Shown piece by piece: positions 44,484-55,570 of a DNA stretch of 55,570 nt. The number at the start of each line of letters is the position of its first letter. The stretch's first letter is position 1. Source of the DNA: a bacterium (GTDB taxonomy: Bacteria > Patescibacteriota > Minisyncoccia > Minisyncoccales > CG1-02-41-26); assembly GCA_021162885.1 (NCBI GenBank), contig JAGGXV010000022.1:1-55570 (forward strand), read 5' to 3'. The notes under the pieces were generated by a model. It saw only the letters and a list, made by a program, of their open reading frames with translations, ran no database searches and was not told the DNA's origin. Made by a program: the position numbers and the translations under genes.

Positions 44484-44624
44484 GGCAGGCCTGCTGACCA
44501 TCGGCCTCTCGGAGGCCGAGCGGGCAGGGTTTCCCGCTGAAAGCGGGAAGAGCGAGGCCGAGAGTGGAGCGGCAATTTCCTCGCTGGGGAAATTGACCGC
44601 GTCCGATGGGCAGTAGGGCCTGCC
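44484..44624. other. GC-rich multibranch structured element (ncRNA, leader or MITE-like)
   Basis: Outer stem GGCAGGCC..CTG.CCATCGG / CCGATGG.CAG..GGCCTGCC enclosing hairpins TTCCCGCT-GAA-AGCGGGAA and GCGGCAATTTCC/GGAAATTGACCGC. Confidence 0.7.
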
Positions 44625-44630
44625 GAGCAC

Positions 44631-45566
44631 CTACTCTAGTTTTTTTCTTTCCTCAGGCGCTTCTAACTCCCCCAACCTTTCAATTTTCTCAACCAATCTG
44701 CCAAATCTACTCCTTGTTCTATCGGAAGCGGTTTTGGCGTGGTCAATATGACCAATTAAGGTGGAAAGTTCCCCATCAAATTTTATTGCTTCTTGCTGAA
44801 TTGCTTTCATTCCTTGTAAAATTTTCTTTGTCGAGTTTTCAATTTTTGCCCCCTCAAGCCCCATCATTATAATTTTTAAAAAATAATAGAAAGAATTTGG
44901 CGAAACAAAATAAACTTTTTTCTGATATCCGTAATCCAAAATTTCTGGTTGATTTGAAGTAATCTCATAATAAACTGGTTCCGATGGTACATACATTAAA
45001 GCAAAGTCAACCGTTCCTTCTTGGGGTAAAATATATTTTTTAGTAATATCATCAATGTGTTTTTTAATATCTCGGATAAATTCTTTCTGGAAATTATGTT
45101 TCATTTCTGAATTTGCCTGAGCCACCTTTCTAAAATTTTCCATCGGAAATTTAGAATCAATTGGAATAATCCCCTGATTTGTCTTAACAATCGCATCAAC
45201 AATTTGACCTTCCCTGAATTGATATTGCAAAGAAAAACTCTGCTTTGGTAAAACTTGCTCTAATAAATCTCTTAGAACTTGCTCGCCAATGTTCCCTCTT
45301 AATTTCGGTGAGCGCAAAAAATCTTGAAATTCTTTGATTCCTCTACCAATCTCTTGAACTTTGCCCAACTGATAAGCCATTTGAGAATAACCATTTTCAA
45401 ATTTCTTCCTTAGATTTTCGATATCTTGTTTTATCATCCCCAAAGGCATCTCTTCTCTTTGAGATTCTTTCAGTTTTTGGGTTTCTCTTCGGATATAAAA
45501 GACAGAAATGCCAATCCCGGCTATGACAATCAAAAAAACAATTAAAATAAAAATAAAATCCGACAT
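44631..45566 (-). CDS. rmuC: RmuC-family protein
   Basis: N-terminal TM, RGNIGE, VDA, IPIDSKFP, KYI, DFALMYVPSE. Confidence 0.92.
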   Translation of the reverse strand: MSDFIFILIVFLIVIAGIGISVFYIRRETQKLKESQREEMPLGMIKQDIENLRKKFENGYSQMAYQLGKVQEIGRGIKEFQDFLRSPKLRGNIGEQVLRDLLEQVLPKQSFSLQYQFREGQIVDAIVKTNQGIIPIDSKFPMENFRKVAQANSEMKHNFQKEFIRDIKKHIDDITKKYILPQEGTVDFALMYVPSEPVYYEITSNQPEILDYGYQKKVYFVSPNSFYYFLKIIMMGLEGAKIENSTKKILQGMKAIQQEAIKFDGELSTLIGHIDHAKTASDRTRSRFGRLVEKIERLGELEAPEERKKLE

Positions 45567-45567
45567 A

Positions 45568-45960
45568 CTAGATTATTTTATTTGCGATAAGTTGGGTTAA
45601 TTTTTCTGCTAAACTCAAAATTTTTTTACATTCTTGACGAGAATAAACTCTTATTTCAGGAGGATAACGGGATTCAATATAGTATTTATTTAAAGTTATT
45701 AGGTCATCTTTAAGCTGTTGAAAATCTCTATCTATTTCTTTACAAAGATTCATTAAAAACATTAAATCATGAACTTTAGGAAACCTCTTTCGATTAAAAA
45801 CCAAAAATCCTTTTAAGTATTTTTCAACTGCTTGATGACAGTGAAAACACAAAGTATCCGAAGGACCTTTCTCTCGATAAAGAATTTCAGCAGCCCTTAA
45901 ATCATTCTGGGCTTTTATTATCCATTCTTGAAATAATTTAGGATTATTATTTACCGGCAT
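45568..45960 (-). CDS. HEPN-domain protein
   Basis: CFHCHQAVEKYLKG, HDL, YIESRYP; paired with MNT. Confidence 0.9.
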   Translation of the reverse strand: MPVNNNPKLFQEWIIKAQNDLRAAEILYREKGPSDTLCFHCHQAVEKYLKGFLVFNRKRFPKVHDLMFLMNLCKEIDRDFQQLKDDLITLNKYYIESRYPPEIRVYSRQECKKILSLAEKLTQLIANKII

Positions 45961-46264
45961 AAATCAATTTTCCTTTTTTAACAATATCTTCAATGAAAAA
46001 ATATCCTAATGACAAACGTTCTTTTACCTCGTTTGGAGTATAAACTAAAATATCTAAGGGAATTTTTCTATCTGAAAGAATTTCTTCGACTTTTGCCAAT
46101 CGTTCTCCCTTGGCTTTTTTAGTATTTTTTACAATAAACAGATCTACATCACTATCTTGAGTGGGATTACCCCAAGCAAAACTACCAAAAAGGATAATCT
46201 TCTCTGGCTTGTACTTTCTTGCAATCTGCCTGACAATTTTTTTGATTTCTTTTTGATTTTCCAT
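45947..46264 (-). CDS. Minimal nucleotidyltransferase (MNT) of an MNT-HEPN pair
   Basis: ILFGSFAWG...SDVDL, DILVYTP. Confidence 0.92.
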   Translation of the reverse strand: MENQKEIKKIVRQIARKYKPEKIILFGSFAWGNPTQDSDVDLFIVKNTKKAKGERLAKVEEILSDRKIPLDILVYTPNEVKERLSLGYFFIEDIVKKGKLIYAGK

Positions 46265-46339
46265 AAAATATGATTTGTGACTTTATATTAACTATATTAA
46301 CATCATCTTCTTTAAATTTCAAATAAGAGAGGGAACTTT

Positions 46340-47293
46340 CTATTTTATGTGAAGTTGAAAAATGATGAAGAGGGCGTAAATGGCAAGTAAAATCAGGGCT
46401 TCTTTTTTGGTGATTTTTTGGCCGGTTCTAGCAAAAATAGCAAATGCAAAAGCAACAATTGCTGTAAATAAAATTCCTATTAGGTAAGGCGAAAAATTAG
46501 TAATTTTCAGAGGCGAGATTAAACTTACCAGTCCTAAAATTAAAGTTGAGTTGCAGATTACCGAACCCATAAAATTGCCCAAAACCATTTCTTTGTGACC
46601 TAAAGAAATCGCCCTCAAACTAAAAGTTATTTCTGGTAAAGTCGTTCCCAAGCCAACAAAAATAATGCCAGTAAAAATCAAAGGAAGGTTCATTACCGAA
46701 GATAAAATTCGAGCCGACCTTACCACTCCTTCACCAGCCAACAAAAGTAAAGCGACCCCTCCCCAAAAAACTGCTAAATCTTTTAAAAATAACTTGTATT
46801 GAGTCCAGTTCCGTTTATATTTATTAAAAACTTTGGTAAATCTTTGTTTTTCTTGAAAAATCATTTTTAGATAAAATACCAAAACGCCCAACAAAACTAT
46901 TCCATCCACCCTTGAAAAAGCCCCATCTAACATTAAAAGTAAAGGTAAAAAGCCACAGAGAGCGGCGTATAAAGCATCGCGTCGGGCAACCTGAGTTTCA
47001 AGTTTTAATCCTCCAGCAACTAAAGCTGCTATCCCAACTCCTAAAGTTAAATTTAAAATGTTGGCTCCAATAATATTGCCAAAGCTCAATTGAGGGATTT
47101 TATGGAAAGCCGAACTCAACCCAACAAAAAACTCTGGCAAAGAGGTAGCAAATGCCATTAATATAAAACTTACCAAAAACTCACTCCACTCTAAAAACCT
47201 GGCAATTCTGGTTAAAGCTTTTACTACCCATGTTGCTGATTTTACTAACAATACACAAGAACCAATAAAAATTAAAATATAAATTAAAGACAT
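46340..47293 (-). CDS. Na+/Ca2+ exchanger family (YrbG-like)
   Basis: Two alpha repeats ATSLPE / GTTLPE, GNIIGAN / GNFMGS. Confidence 0.92.
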   Translation of the reverse strand: MSLIYILIFIGSCVLLVKSATWVVKALTRIARFLEWSEFLVSFILMAFATSLPEFFVGLSSAFHKIPQLSFGNIIGANILNLTLGVGIAALVAGGLKLETQVARRDALYAALCGFLPLLLMLDGAFSRVDGIVLLGVLVFYLKMIFQEKQRFTKVFNKYKRNWTQYKLFLKDLAVFWGGVALLLLAGEGVVRSARILSSVMNLPLIFTGIIFVGLGTTLPEITFSLRAISLGHKEMVLGNFMGSVICNSTLILGLVSLISPLKITNFSPYLIGILFTAIVAFAFAIFARTGQKITKKEALILLAIYALFIIFQLHIK

Positions 47294-47298
47294 TTTTG

Positions 47299-47537
47299 TT
47301 AAAATTTATCTACCAAACAAATAATTCTATTGTTTAAAACTTTAACTATTCCAGAAGAAATAGAAACTCTTGTTTCTTTAGCATCATTTTTAACAATTAT
47401 TTCTCCTTGAGTCAATAAACTGAAAAGAGGGGCGTGGTTTTCCAAAACTTGAAACTCCCCCTTTCTTCCAGGAAAAGTAACCCTCTTCACCTCTCCCTCA
47501 TATAATTTTTTATTGGCAGTTAAAATTTTTATTTCCA

Positions 47538-47538
<1 letters not shown>
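47299..47538 (-). CDS. atpC: ATP synthase epsilon (N-terminal domain only)
   Basis: PGRKGEFQVLENHAP, SGIVKV; 79 aa. Confidence 0.88.
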
Positions 47539-49732
<2,194 letters not shown>

Positions 49733-49735
49733 AAG

Positions 49736-51205
49736 TTAATAAATATTTCTAAATTCAATAATCACCTTCTTAATTTCTTCTTTTACTGGCTTTATCCAGC
49801 CAAACTTCTTAAGATCTAATTTAACTTCTTTATGGATATCGTCTAAAAATCTGTAAAACTTAGTTTCAATCTCTCTTACTTTTTCTGGGTTTATATCATC
49901 AAAAAAGCCATTTAAAATGGCGAAATAAATTATACTTTGGTCAAGCGAATCCACCAATTTGTGTTTTTCTTGCTTAAAAATTTCCAACAAAATTTCAGCT
50001 CTTTTATAAGCTCTCTGGGCAGCTTTAGAAACTTCAGTTTCGAGTTGAACTAACTTCTTCAATTCTTTGTGTTGAGATAAAAGCAGTTTTAATCCTCCCG
50101 TTACTTCTCTTAGATATTTTCTCTGAGCAAAAGCACCAATTCTAGAAACTGAAAGCCCGATATTCACTGCTGGAATCTGAGCTTTTTGGAAAAGATCAGT
50201 TTCCAAGTAAATTTGGCCATCGGTAATCGAAATTAGGTTGGTAGGGATATATTCGGTAATATCTCCTTCTTTAGTTTCACAAATTGGCAAAGCAGTAATT
50301 GAACTCCCGCCTTTATCATCGGAAAGTTTTCCTGCTCTTTCTAGTAATCTTGCATGCAAATAAAAAATGTCACCGGGGTAGGCTTCTCGGCCCGGAGGTA
50401 TCTCCAGAAGAAGGCAAATTTGGCGCCACACTTTAGCATGTTTAGTTAAATCATCAAAAACAACCAAAACATCTTTTCCTTGGTCTCGGAAAAACTCAGC
50501 CAAAGTCATTGCCGAAAAAGGTGCTAAATACTGTAAAACAGGGGGGTCAGAACTAAAAGCGCTTACTATCACCAACTGCTTTTTTACTCCAAATTTTCTA
50601 AAAATATTATCGAGTTGTAAAACCTCTGATTTTCTTTGCCCTATACTACAATAAATTGAGATTACATCTTTTTGATTCAAAATCGCATCAACAACCAGGG
50701 AGGTTTTTCCGGTCTTCCTATCACCTAAAATCAGTTCTCTTTGCCCTCGACCGATTGGAAATAAAGCATCAATAACTTTTATTCCTGTTTCTAATGCTTC
50801 TCTTACTAGTCCTCTTTCTATAATTTGGGGAGGCAGTTTTTCTATTTCGCTCGTTTCTTTTACCTTTAACTCTTTACCAGTTTCGATATCTCTCCCTAAA
50901 GGGTCTATTACTCTGCTTAAAAATTTCTCCCCTACTGGGATTTTTAAAAGTTCGCCGGTGCGTTCCACTTTATCACCAGTTTTTATATTTTTTGGTGATT
51001 CTAAACATAACCCATAAGCGAAATCTTGATAAAAAAGGGTGGTAGTAAATTCGCGGGTGAATTTAAAGATAATCGCTTTTTCTTTGCCAACCAGAACAAC
51101 CTCTCCTGATTTTACTCCCGGCAGTCCTTCAATTTTAATCACTGGAGGAGAGATTTCTACTACTTGTCCTATTTCTTTTAAGGAAACATTCTTTAATCTT
51201 TTCAT
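49736..51205 (-). CDS. atpA: ATP synthase alpha
   Basis: PIGRGQRELILGDRKTGKT, PPGREAYPGDIFYLHARLLERA, ISITDGQI. Confidence 0.97.
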   Translation of the reverse strand: MKRLKNVSLKEIGQVVEISPPVIKIEGLPGVKSGEVVLVGKEKAIIFKFTREFTTTLFYQDFAYGLCLESPKNIKTGDKVERTGELLKIPVGEKFLSRVIDPLGRDIETGKELKVKETSEIEKLPPQIIERGLVREALETGIKVIDALFPIGRGQRELILGDRKTGKTSLVVDAILNQKDVISIYCSIGQRKSEVLQLDNIFRKFGVKKQLVIVSAFSSDPPVLQYLAPFSAMTLAEFFRDQGKDVLVVFDDLTKHAKVWRQICLLLEIPPGREAYPGDIFYLHARLLERAGKLSDDKGGSSITALPICETKEGDITEYIPTNLISITDGQIYLETDLFQKAQIPAVNIGLSVSRIGAFAQRKYLREVTGGLKLLLSQHKELKKLVQLETEVSKAAQRAYKRAEILLEIFKQEKHKLVDSLDQSIIYFAILNGFFDDINPEKVREIETKFYRFLDDIHKEVKLDLKKFGWIKPVKEEIKKVIIEFRNIY

Positions 51206-51936
51206 ATTTGAGAGAGGGTTTGGTCAATTTTTCTCTCTAAACTTCCATCAATTAAAAATCCATTGATGGAAATTCTAATCCCAGCTAAAATACTAGGGTC
51301 AACTTTTTTTTGGAAATGGGGATTTTTTAACTTTGAAAAAAGAAAATTAGAAATTTCTTTCTCTTCTCTTTCCGACAAGGGAAAAGCCGAAATTACCACT
51401 ACCGAAACCACATCTCTTTCTTTGATTTCTTTAAAATCTAATTTTTTCAATTCTTCTACCACTTCTTTTAAATATCTTTGATGAAGAGCTTTTGTCAAAA
51501 AGAGCGAAAGCACTCTCTTTAAAACCTCTTTAGTTTTCTTTTGAATTATTTCCTTTTCTTTTGCTCTCATTTTCTCAACTTCAACTTCTGCTTTTTCTCT
51601 TGCCTCTTTCAAAATCTCTCTTACTTCTTCTTCAGCTCTCTGGATGATTCTTTCTCTTTCTTCTTTAGAAATTTCTTCACCTTCTTCTAAAATTTGTTTT
51701 GTTTTCTGTTTAGCCTTTTGGATTATTTCTTCTTCTTTCTTGCCAATCTCTTCTTTTTTTCTCTGAATCTCTTTTTCTCCCTCTTCAATCTCTCTCGACT
51801 TCTTTGCTCTTTTCTCTAATTTTTTTAGAATTGGTTTATACAAAAAAAATTTCAGCAACCATAAAAGAACCAAAAAATTAATAATTTGAGCAATCAAAAG
51901 CTTAAAGTCAATGCCTAATTTTCCTAAAAACTCCAT
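51202..51936 (-). CDS. atpF: ATP synthase b subunit fused to a delta-like C-terminal domain
   Basis: AQIINFLVL..LLK..LYKPI, coiled coil, then VISAFPLS...VDPSILAGIRI...IDGSL (delta/OSCP C-terminus). Confidence 0.9.
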   Translation of the reverse strand: MEFLGKLGIDFKLLIAQIINFLVLLWLLKFFLYKPILKKLEKRAKKSREIEEGEKEIQRKKEEIGKKEEEIIQKAKQKTKQILEEGEEISKEERERIIQRAEEEVREILKEAREKAEVEVEKMRAKEKEIIQKKTKEVLKRVLSLFLTKALHQRYLKEVVEELKKLDFKEIKERDVVSVVVISAFPLSEREEKEISNFLFSKLKNPHFQKKVDPSILAGIRISINGFLIDGSLERKIDQTLSQI

Positions 51937-51968
51937 AAAATTATTGCTCAGGTTAAAACCAAAGAGCT

Positions 51969-52178
51969 TTAACCAACAAACTTCAGGATCAAAGCTACCA
52001 CCAAAGCATAAATTGCAATAGCTTCAGCAAAAGCAATAGCCAAAATCGCTACGGTTTGGATGGCGGTTGTAGCTTGGGGGTTTCTGGCTATTCCCAAACA
52101 AGCAGCCATCCCTATCAAACCAACAGCAATTGCTGGTCCAATTGTGCCAATAGCCATAACAAAGGCGGAGGGATGCAT
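51969..52178 (-). CDS. atpE: ATP synthase c subunit
   Basis: IARNP loop; FAEAIAIYAL with carboxylate Glu. Confidence 0.95.
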   Translation of the reverse strand: MHPSAFVMAIGTIGPAIAVGLIGMAACLGIARNPQATTAIQTVAILAIAFAEAIAIYALVVALILKFVG

Positions 52179-52255
52179 GTTATTAATAATTTTAATTATT
52201 AACTCTTAATTTTCAATTGATTGACGACCTTTTTAATTTAATTTTAGAGATTTTT

Positions 52256-52990
52256 TTAATATTCTATTTCAGCCGATTTGATAAAAACCAGCGAGAGAGC
52301 GGAAAATATAAAAGCCTGTAAGAATCCCACCAAGACTTCCAGAATCATAAAAGGTAGCGGGATAATGTAAGGCACTAAAAAAGCCATTACCAAAAGCAAA
52401 ACTTCGCCTGCTAAAATATTGCCAAAAAGTCGCAAAGAAAGTGATAAAATTTTAGTAAGGTCGCTTATCAATTCGAAAATTCCTACAATCAATTTCAAGG
52501 GATTAGTAAAATTAAAGAACCTTTTTAAATATCTTTTCAACCCTAACCTTTTAATTCCGAAATATTGAATAGAAACAACCGAAATTATTGCCAGAGCCAA
52601 GGTGGAGTTTAAGTCCGAATTAGTGCTTCTGAACAAAGCAATATCTTTTCCTCCTTCTTTAATAACAAAAGCTCCCAAAAAACCTGGAATTAATCCTAAA
52701 AGATTGGCGGTTAAAATAAAAATAAAAAAAGTGGCAATTAAAGAAAAAAGTTCTTTGGTTAGTTCTCTTGAGCGAGTGATACTATCAATAAATTTTAACA
52801 GAATTTCAGTTACTGTTTCAAAAATATTTTGTAAGCTTTTAGATTTTGGAACATCTTTAAGTTTTCTTGTGGTAAAAAAAGCAAAAATAACTAAGATAAC
52901 CATAGTCACCCAAGTAGTAACTAGGGTGTTGGAAATCATAAAATTACCTATTTTTAAGACATATTCAGGGTGAAAAGATATTTGGACCAT
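52256..52990 (-). CDS. atpB: ATP synthase a subunit
   Basis: NLLGLIPG, SLSLRLFGNILAGE, LQAFIF. Confidence 0.96.
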   Translation of the reverse strand: MVQISFHPEYVLKIGNFMISNTLVTTWVTMVILVIFAFFTTRKLKDVPKSKSLQNIFETVTEILLKFIDSITRSRELTKELFSLIATFFIFILTANLLGLIPGFLGAFVIKEGGKDIALFRSTNSDLNSTLALAIISVVSIQYFGIKRLGLKRYLKRFFNFTNPLKLIVGIFELISDLTKILSLSLRLFGNILAGEVLLLVMAFLVPYIIPLPFMILEVLVGFLQAFIFSALSLVFIKSAEIEY

Positions 52991-52996
52991 AGATTT

Positions 52997-53257
52997 TTAT
53001 TCTCTATGCTTTTTTAAAAAAGGCAGGATAAAATGGCGAATTTCAAAAAAGAGAAATAAAAAAGAAAAAATTAGTAATGACAAAAGGAATAGAGGAGAAC
53101 TTCTGAATTTTCTGTCCAAGAAAATTCCTAACAATAAAAATCCTGTCAAAGGAATAGCAATTGCAAATCCTAGTTGCAAAGCCAGAGAAATTGCATAGAT
53201 AAGTTTGGTTTTCTCATCTCTGACCCTTTTATTTATTTCGTTTTTATATTGTATCAT
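52997..53257 (-). CDS. AtpZ/AtpI-family small membrane protein
   Basis: QLGF.IAIP...LG..LD..F pattern; first gene of the atp operon. Confidence 0.8.
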   Translation of the reverse strand: MIQYKNEINKRVRDEKTKLIYAISLALQLGFAIAIPLTGFLLLGIFLDRKFRSSPLFLLSLLIFSFLFLFFEIRHFILPFLKKHRE

Positions 53258-53277
53258 TTCAAGGAGTCTCTTTCAAT

Positions 53278-55570
53278 TTACTGTTGAGTTTGATGACGAG
53301 TAATAAAATAATATTTTGCTCCTTCAATCGCAGCCACATTTATCAACCCTAAAGTGATGAAAATTAACCAATCAAAAGTTCTTAAAGAGGTGGTTCCTAA
53401 TAAGGTTTGAAAAACTGGAATATACAACCCAGCTATCAGGGCTAAAAACCCAACTCCACAGCCCAAAAGTAAAAGTTTGTTATTGAAAGGATTAATATGC
53501 CAGATATTTTTTCTTAAGCTCCTGCAGGAAAAAATATAAAACAAAGAGTTACTTCCCAAACAAGCAAAAATCATTGTTCGGATATAAGTTAAATTCTCTC
53601 TACCAAACCTTCCCCAAAACCAAAAAAACAGTCCTAAAAGAATTAAGTCAGTAAAAATTCCGATAATAAAGATTATTGCTTTCATTTCTTTGGTAAGAAG
53701 AGGCACTTCAGGGTTAGAAGGTTTAAGTTTCATTAAATCTTTTTCTTTCGGTTCAAAAGCCAAAGCAATATTTGGCAAACCGTCTTCAATTAAATTAACC
53801 CATAAAATCTGAACGGCAGTCACTGGTAAAGGAATTTTAGCGATTATGCTCGCTCCCACCAAAATTACCTCGGTGAAACTATCAGAAAGTAAATAAGTAA
53901 TCACTTTTCTGATATTATCCAAAATTGCTCTCCCTTCTTCAACCCCCGCCACAATTGTTGAAAAATTGTCATCTAACAGGACTAAATCAGACACCTCTCG
54001 GGCAACTTCAGTCCCCGAACCCAAACTCACTCCAATATCAGCTTTTTTGAGAGCTGGGGCATCATTTATACCATCGCCAGTCATTGCCACCACTTGATTT
54101 TTTGCTTGCCAGGCTTCAATAATTCTCATTTTATGTTCAGGAATAACTCGAGCAAAAACATTAATTTTCTCCAACTTTTTTGCAAGTTCTTCATCAGAAA
54201 GCTTATCTAAATCTTTCCCTTCCATTATATTTTCTCTCCCTACCTCAAGTCCCAATTCTTTAGCCACTGCTTTGGCTGTTAAAAGATGGTCGCCAGTAAC
54301 GATAATGGGGCGTATACCAGCTTTTTTGCAAAGTCGGATTACTTCTTTCGCCTCTTTTCTTAAGGGGTCTTTTAAGCCAATAAATCCAACAAAGGTTATA
54401 TCGCGAACATTCACAAATTCATCACCAGTTTTCTCGAATATTTTATCATTTGAATCCTCAAAGATTTTCTTATACCCAACCGCAACCACCCTTAAACCTT
54501 GACTTGTTAAATCTTCCAGCTCTTTGTTTAGTTTTAAACGAGCTTTCTCTTCAATCGTTTTTTCGGTTTCTTTCTTTTTAATTTTCGTACTCAAGCTAAT
54601 AATTTTCTCGGGGGCGCCAGAGATAAAAAGGATTTTTTCTTTTTTTGCTTGATGCAAAGTAGCTATGAATTTATTTTGACTATCAAAAGGAATCTCATCA
54701 ATTTTTGGGAGTTCTTTTTCTAAATCATATTTATCAAAACCCGCTTCTTTCCCCGCCAAAATCAACGCCCGATCGGTTGGCCGGCCACGGATTTTCCAAT
54801 AGATTTCTGGGTCTTTCGGGTTCTCAACAAATGCTTCATTACATAAGGTTGCAATTTTTAGAGTTAGGTCTTTATCTTCGGTTAGAACTTTCTCCACCTT
54901 CATTTTTCCTTGAGTCAAAGTTAAAGTTTTGTCAGTAGCAATTACGGAAGTCGAACCTAATGTTTCAGCGGCCACTAATTTTCGCACCAAACCCTTTCTT
55001 TTTAAAATTCTTTGCATTCCTAAAGCTAAAATTACGGTCATGGCCACGGGCAATCCTTCGGGGATTGCCGCCACCGCCACCGCCACCGAAGTTGTAAACA
55101 TTTCAACAAACCTCCTTCCAGTTGCGATTCCTTCAATAAAAATAAAAAGACAAGCAAAAACAATAATCCCTCCGACAATTCTTGAAAAATGAGCTAACTT
55201 TTTTTGATATGGAGTTTTCTCTTCTTTTTGTTCTTTAACCAAAGAGGCAATTTTCCCAAGTTCGGTTTTCTGGCCTATTTCCGTAACAATTATCTTTCCT
55301 TCTCCATCCTCCACTATCCCTCCCATATAAACCATATTATCTCTATCTGCTAAGGGAGTTTCTTTTGGTAAAATTTTTGAGGTTTTTTCTGCTGGCAACC
55401 ACTCCCCAGTTAAAGTAGCTTCGTTGATTTTTAAATTAAAACTTTCAATAATTCTTCCATCGGCGGGCACTTTATCTCCAGCTTTCAAAATAACGATATC
55501 GCCAGGAACCAAATTCTCTCGGAAAACCCCTTTTAATTTCCCTTCTCTCTGGACAATGGTTCTGATTCTT
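53278..55570 (-). CDS. Cation-transporting P-type ATPase (P2A/Ca2+-like), N-terminus outside the window
   Basis: VPGDI, VPADGR, AIPEGLP, DKTLTLT, DPLR, TGD, TGDGINDAPALK, QILWVNL; frame stays open to the window end. Confidence 0.94.
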   Translation of the reverse strand, partial: RIRTIVQREGKLKGVFRENLVPGDIVILKAGDKVPADGRIIESFNLKINEATLTGEWLPAEKTSKILPKETPLADRDNMVYMGGIVEDGEGKIIVTEIGQKTELGKIASLVKEQKEEKTPYQKKLAHFSRIVGGIIVFACLFIFIEGIATGRRFVEMFTTSVAVAVAAIPEGLPVAMTVILALGMQRILKRKGLVRKLVAAETLGSTSVIATDKTLTLTQGKMKVEKVLTEDKDLTLKIATLCNEAFVENPKDPEIYWKIRGRPTDRALILAGKEAGFDKYDLEKELPKIDEIPFDSQNKFIATLHQAKKEKILFISGAPEKIISLSTKIKKKETEKTIEEKARLKLNKELEDLTSQGLRVVAVGYKKIFEDSNDKIFEKTGDEFVNVRDITFVGFIGLKDPLRKEAKEVIRLCKKAGIRPIIVTGDHLLTAKAVAKELGLEVGRENIMEGKDLDKLSDEELAKKLEKINVFARVIPEHKMRIIEAWQAKNQVVAMTGDGINDAPALKKADIGVSLGSGTEVAREVSDLVLLDDNFSTIVAGVEEGRAILDNIRKVITYLLSDSFTEVILVGASIIAKIPLPVTAVQILWVNLIEDGLPNIALAFEPKEKDLMKLKPSNPEVPLLTKEMKAIIFIIGIFTDLILLGLFFWFWGRFGRENLTYIRTMIFACLGSNSLFYIFSCRSLRKNIWHINPFNNKLLLLGCGVGFLALIAGLYIPVFQTLLGTTSLRTFDWLIFITLGLINVAAIEGAKYYFITRHQTQQ

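Noticed and set aside
44606..44872. Antisense and alternate-frame ORFs throughout the track (e.g. 9789-10142, 11911-12408, 35993-36520, 44606-44872)
   Set aside because: Shadow ORFs of well-supported genes, with Phe/Ser/Ile-rich antisense composition
45568..46264. MNT-HEPN pair as a novel system
   Set aside because: Well-known widespread module with ordinary motifs
52222..52240. AAAGGTC motif upstream of atpE and of the 52-aa gene (~21855)
   Set aside because: Only two short matches in the window; cannot be separated from chance without genome-wide counts

Overview
AT-rich bacterial chromosome segment. Its gene content and style (short AspRS and DnaX, split rplU/rpmA, many apparently leaderless genes, heptamer and palindromic repeats inside housekeeping genes, a LAGLIDADG-like ORF beside a tRNA) suggest Patescibacteria/CPR (Parcubacteria-like); this assignment is inference. 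The core is housekeeping: dinB, ctpA, rplI, pyrG, rpmA, a Xer recombinase, gltX, murG/ftsW/murD/murI/mraY/murC, aspS, tyrS, thpR, the AmmeMemoRadiSam genes, fmt, tRNA-Gln, dnaX, cysS, intein-containing dnaB, recR, rplU, rmuC, an F-type atp operon with a b-delta fusion, and a partial P-type ATPase. The best novelty candidates are: (1) a dif-like site upstream of an intact Xer gene that is translationally coupled to a catalytically degenerate Xer paralog fused to a PD-(D/E)XK/CoiA-like nuclease domain; (2) a nucleotide-chemistry island (cytidylyltransferase-like/deaminase fusion, NodU-type carbamoyltransferase, NUDIX, nucleotidyltransferase, kinase, HFCD flavoprotein); (3) minus-strand expression cassettes (sigma70 promoter, leader, strong SD, orphan cargo, terminator), two of which share a homologous promoter/stem-loop module and one of which appears empty; (4) several families of small palindromic or heptameric repeats, some in frame in essential genes; (5) a GC-rich multibranch structured element upstream of rplU. 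All functional calls come from motif recognition by eye; no database searches were run.
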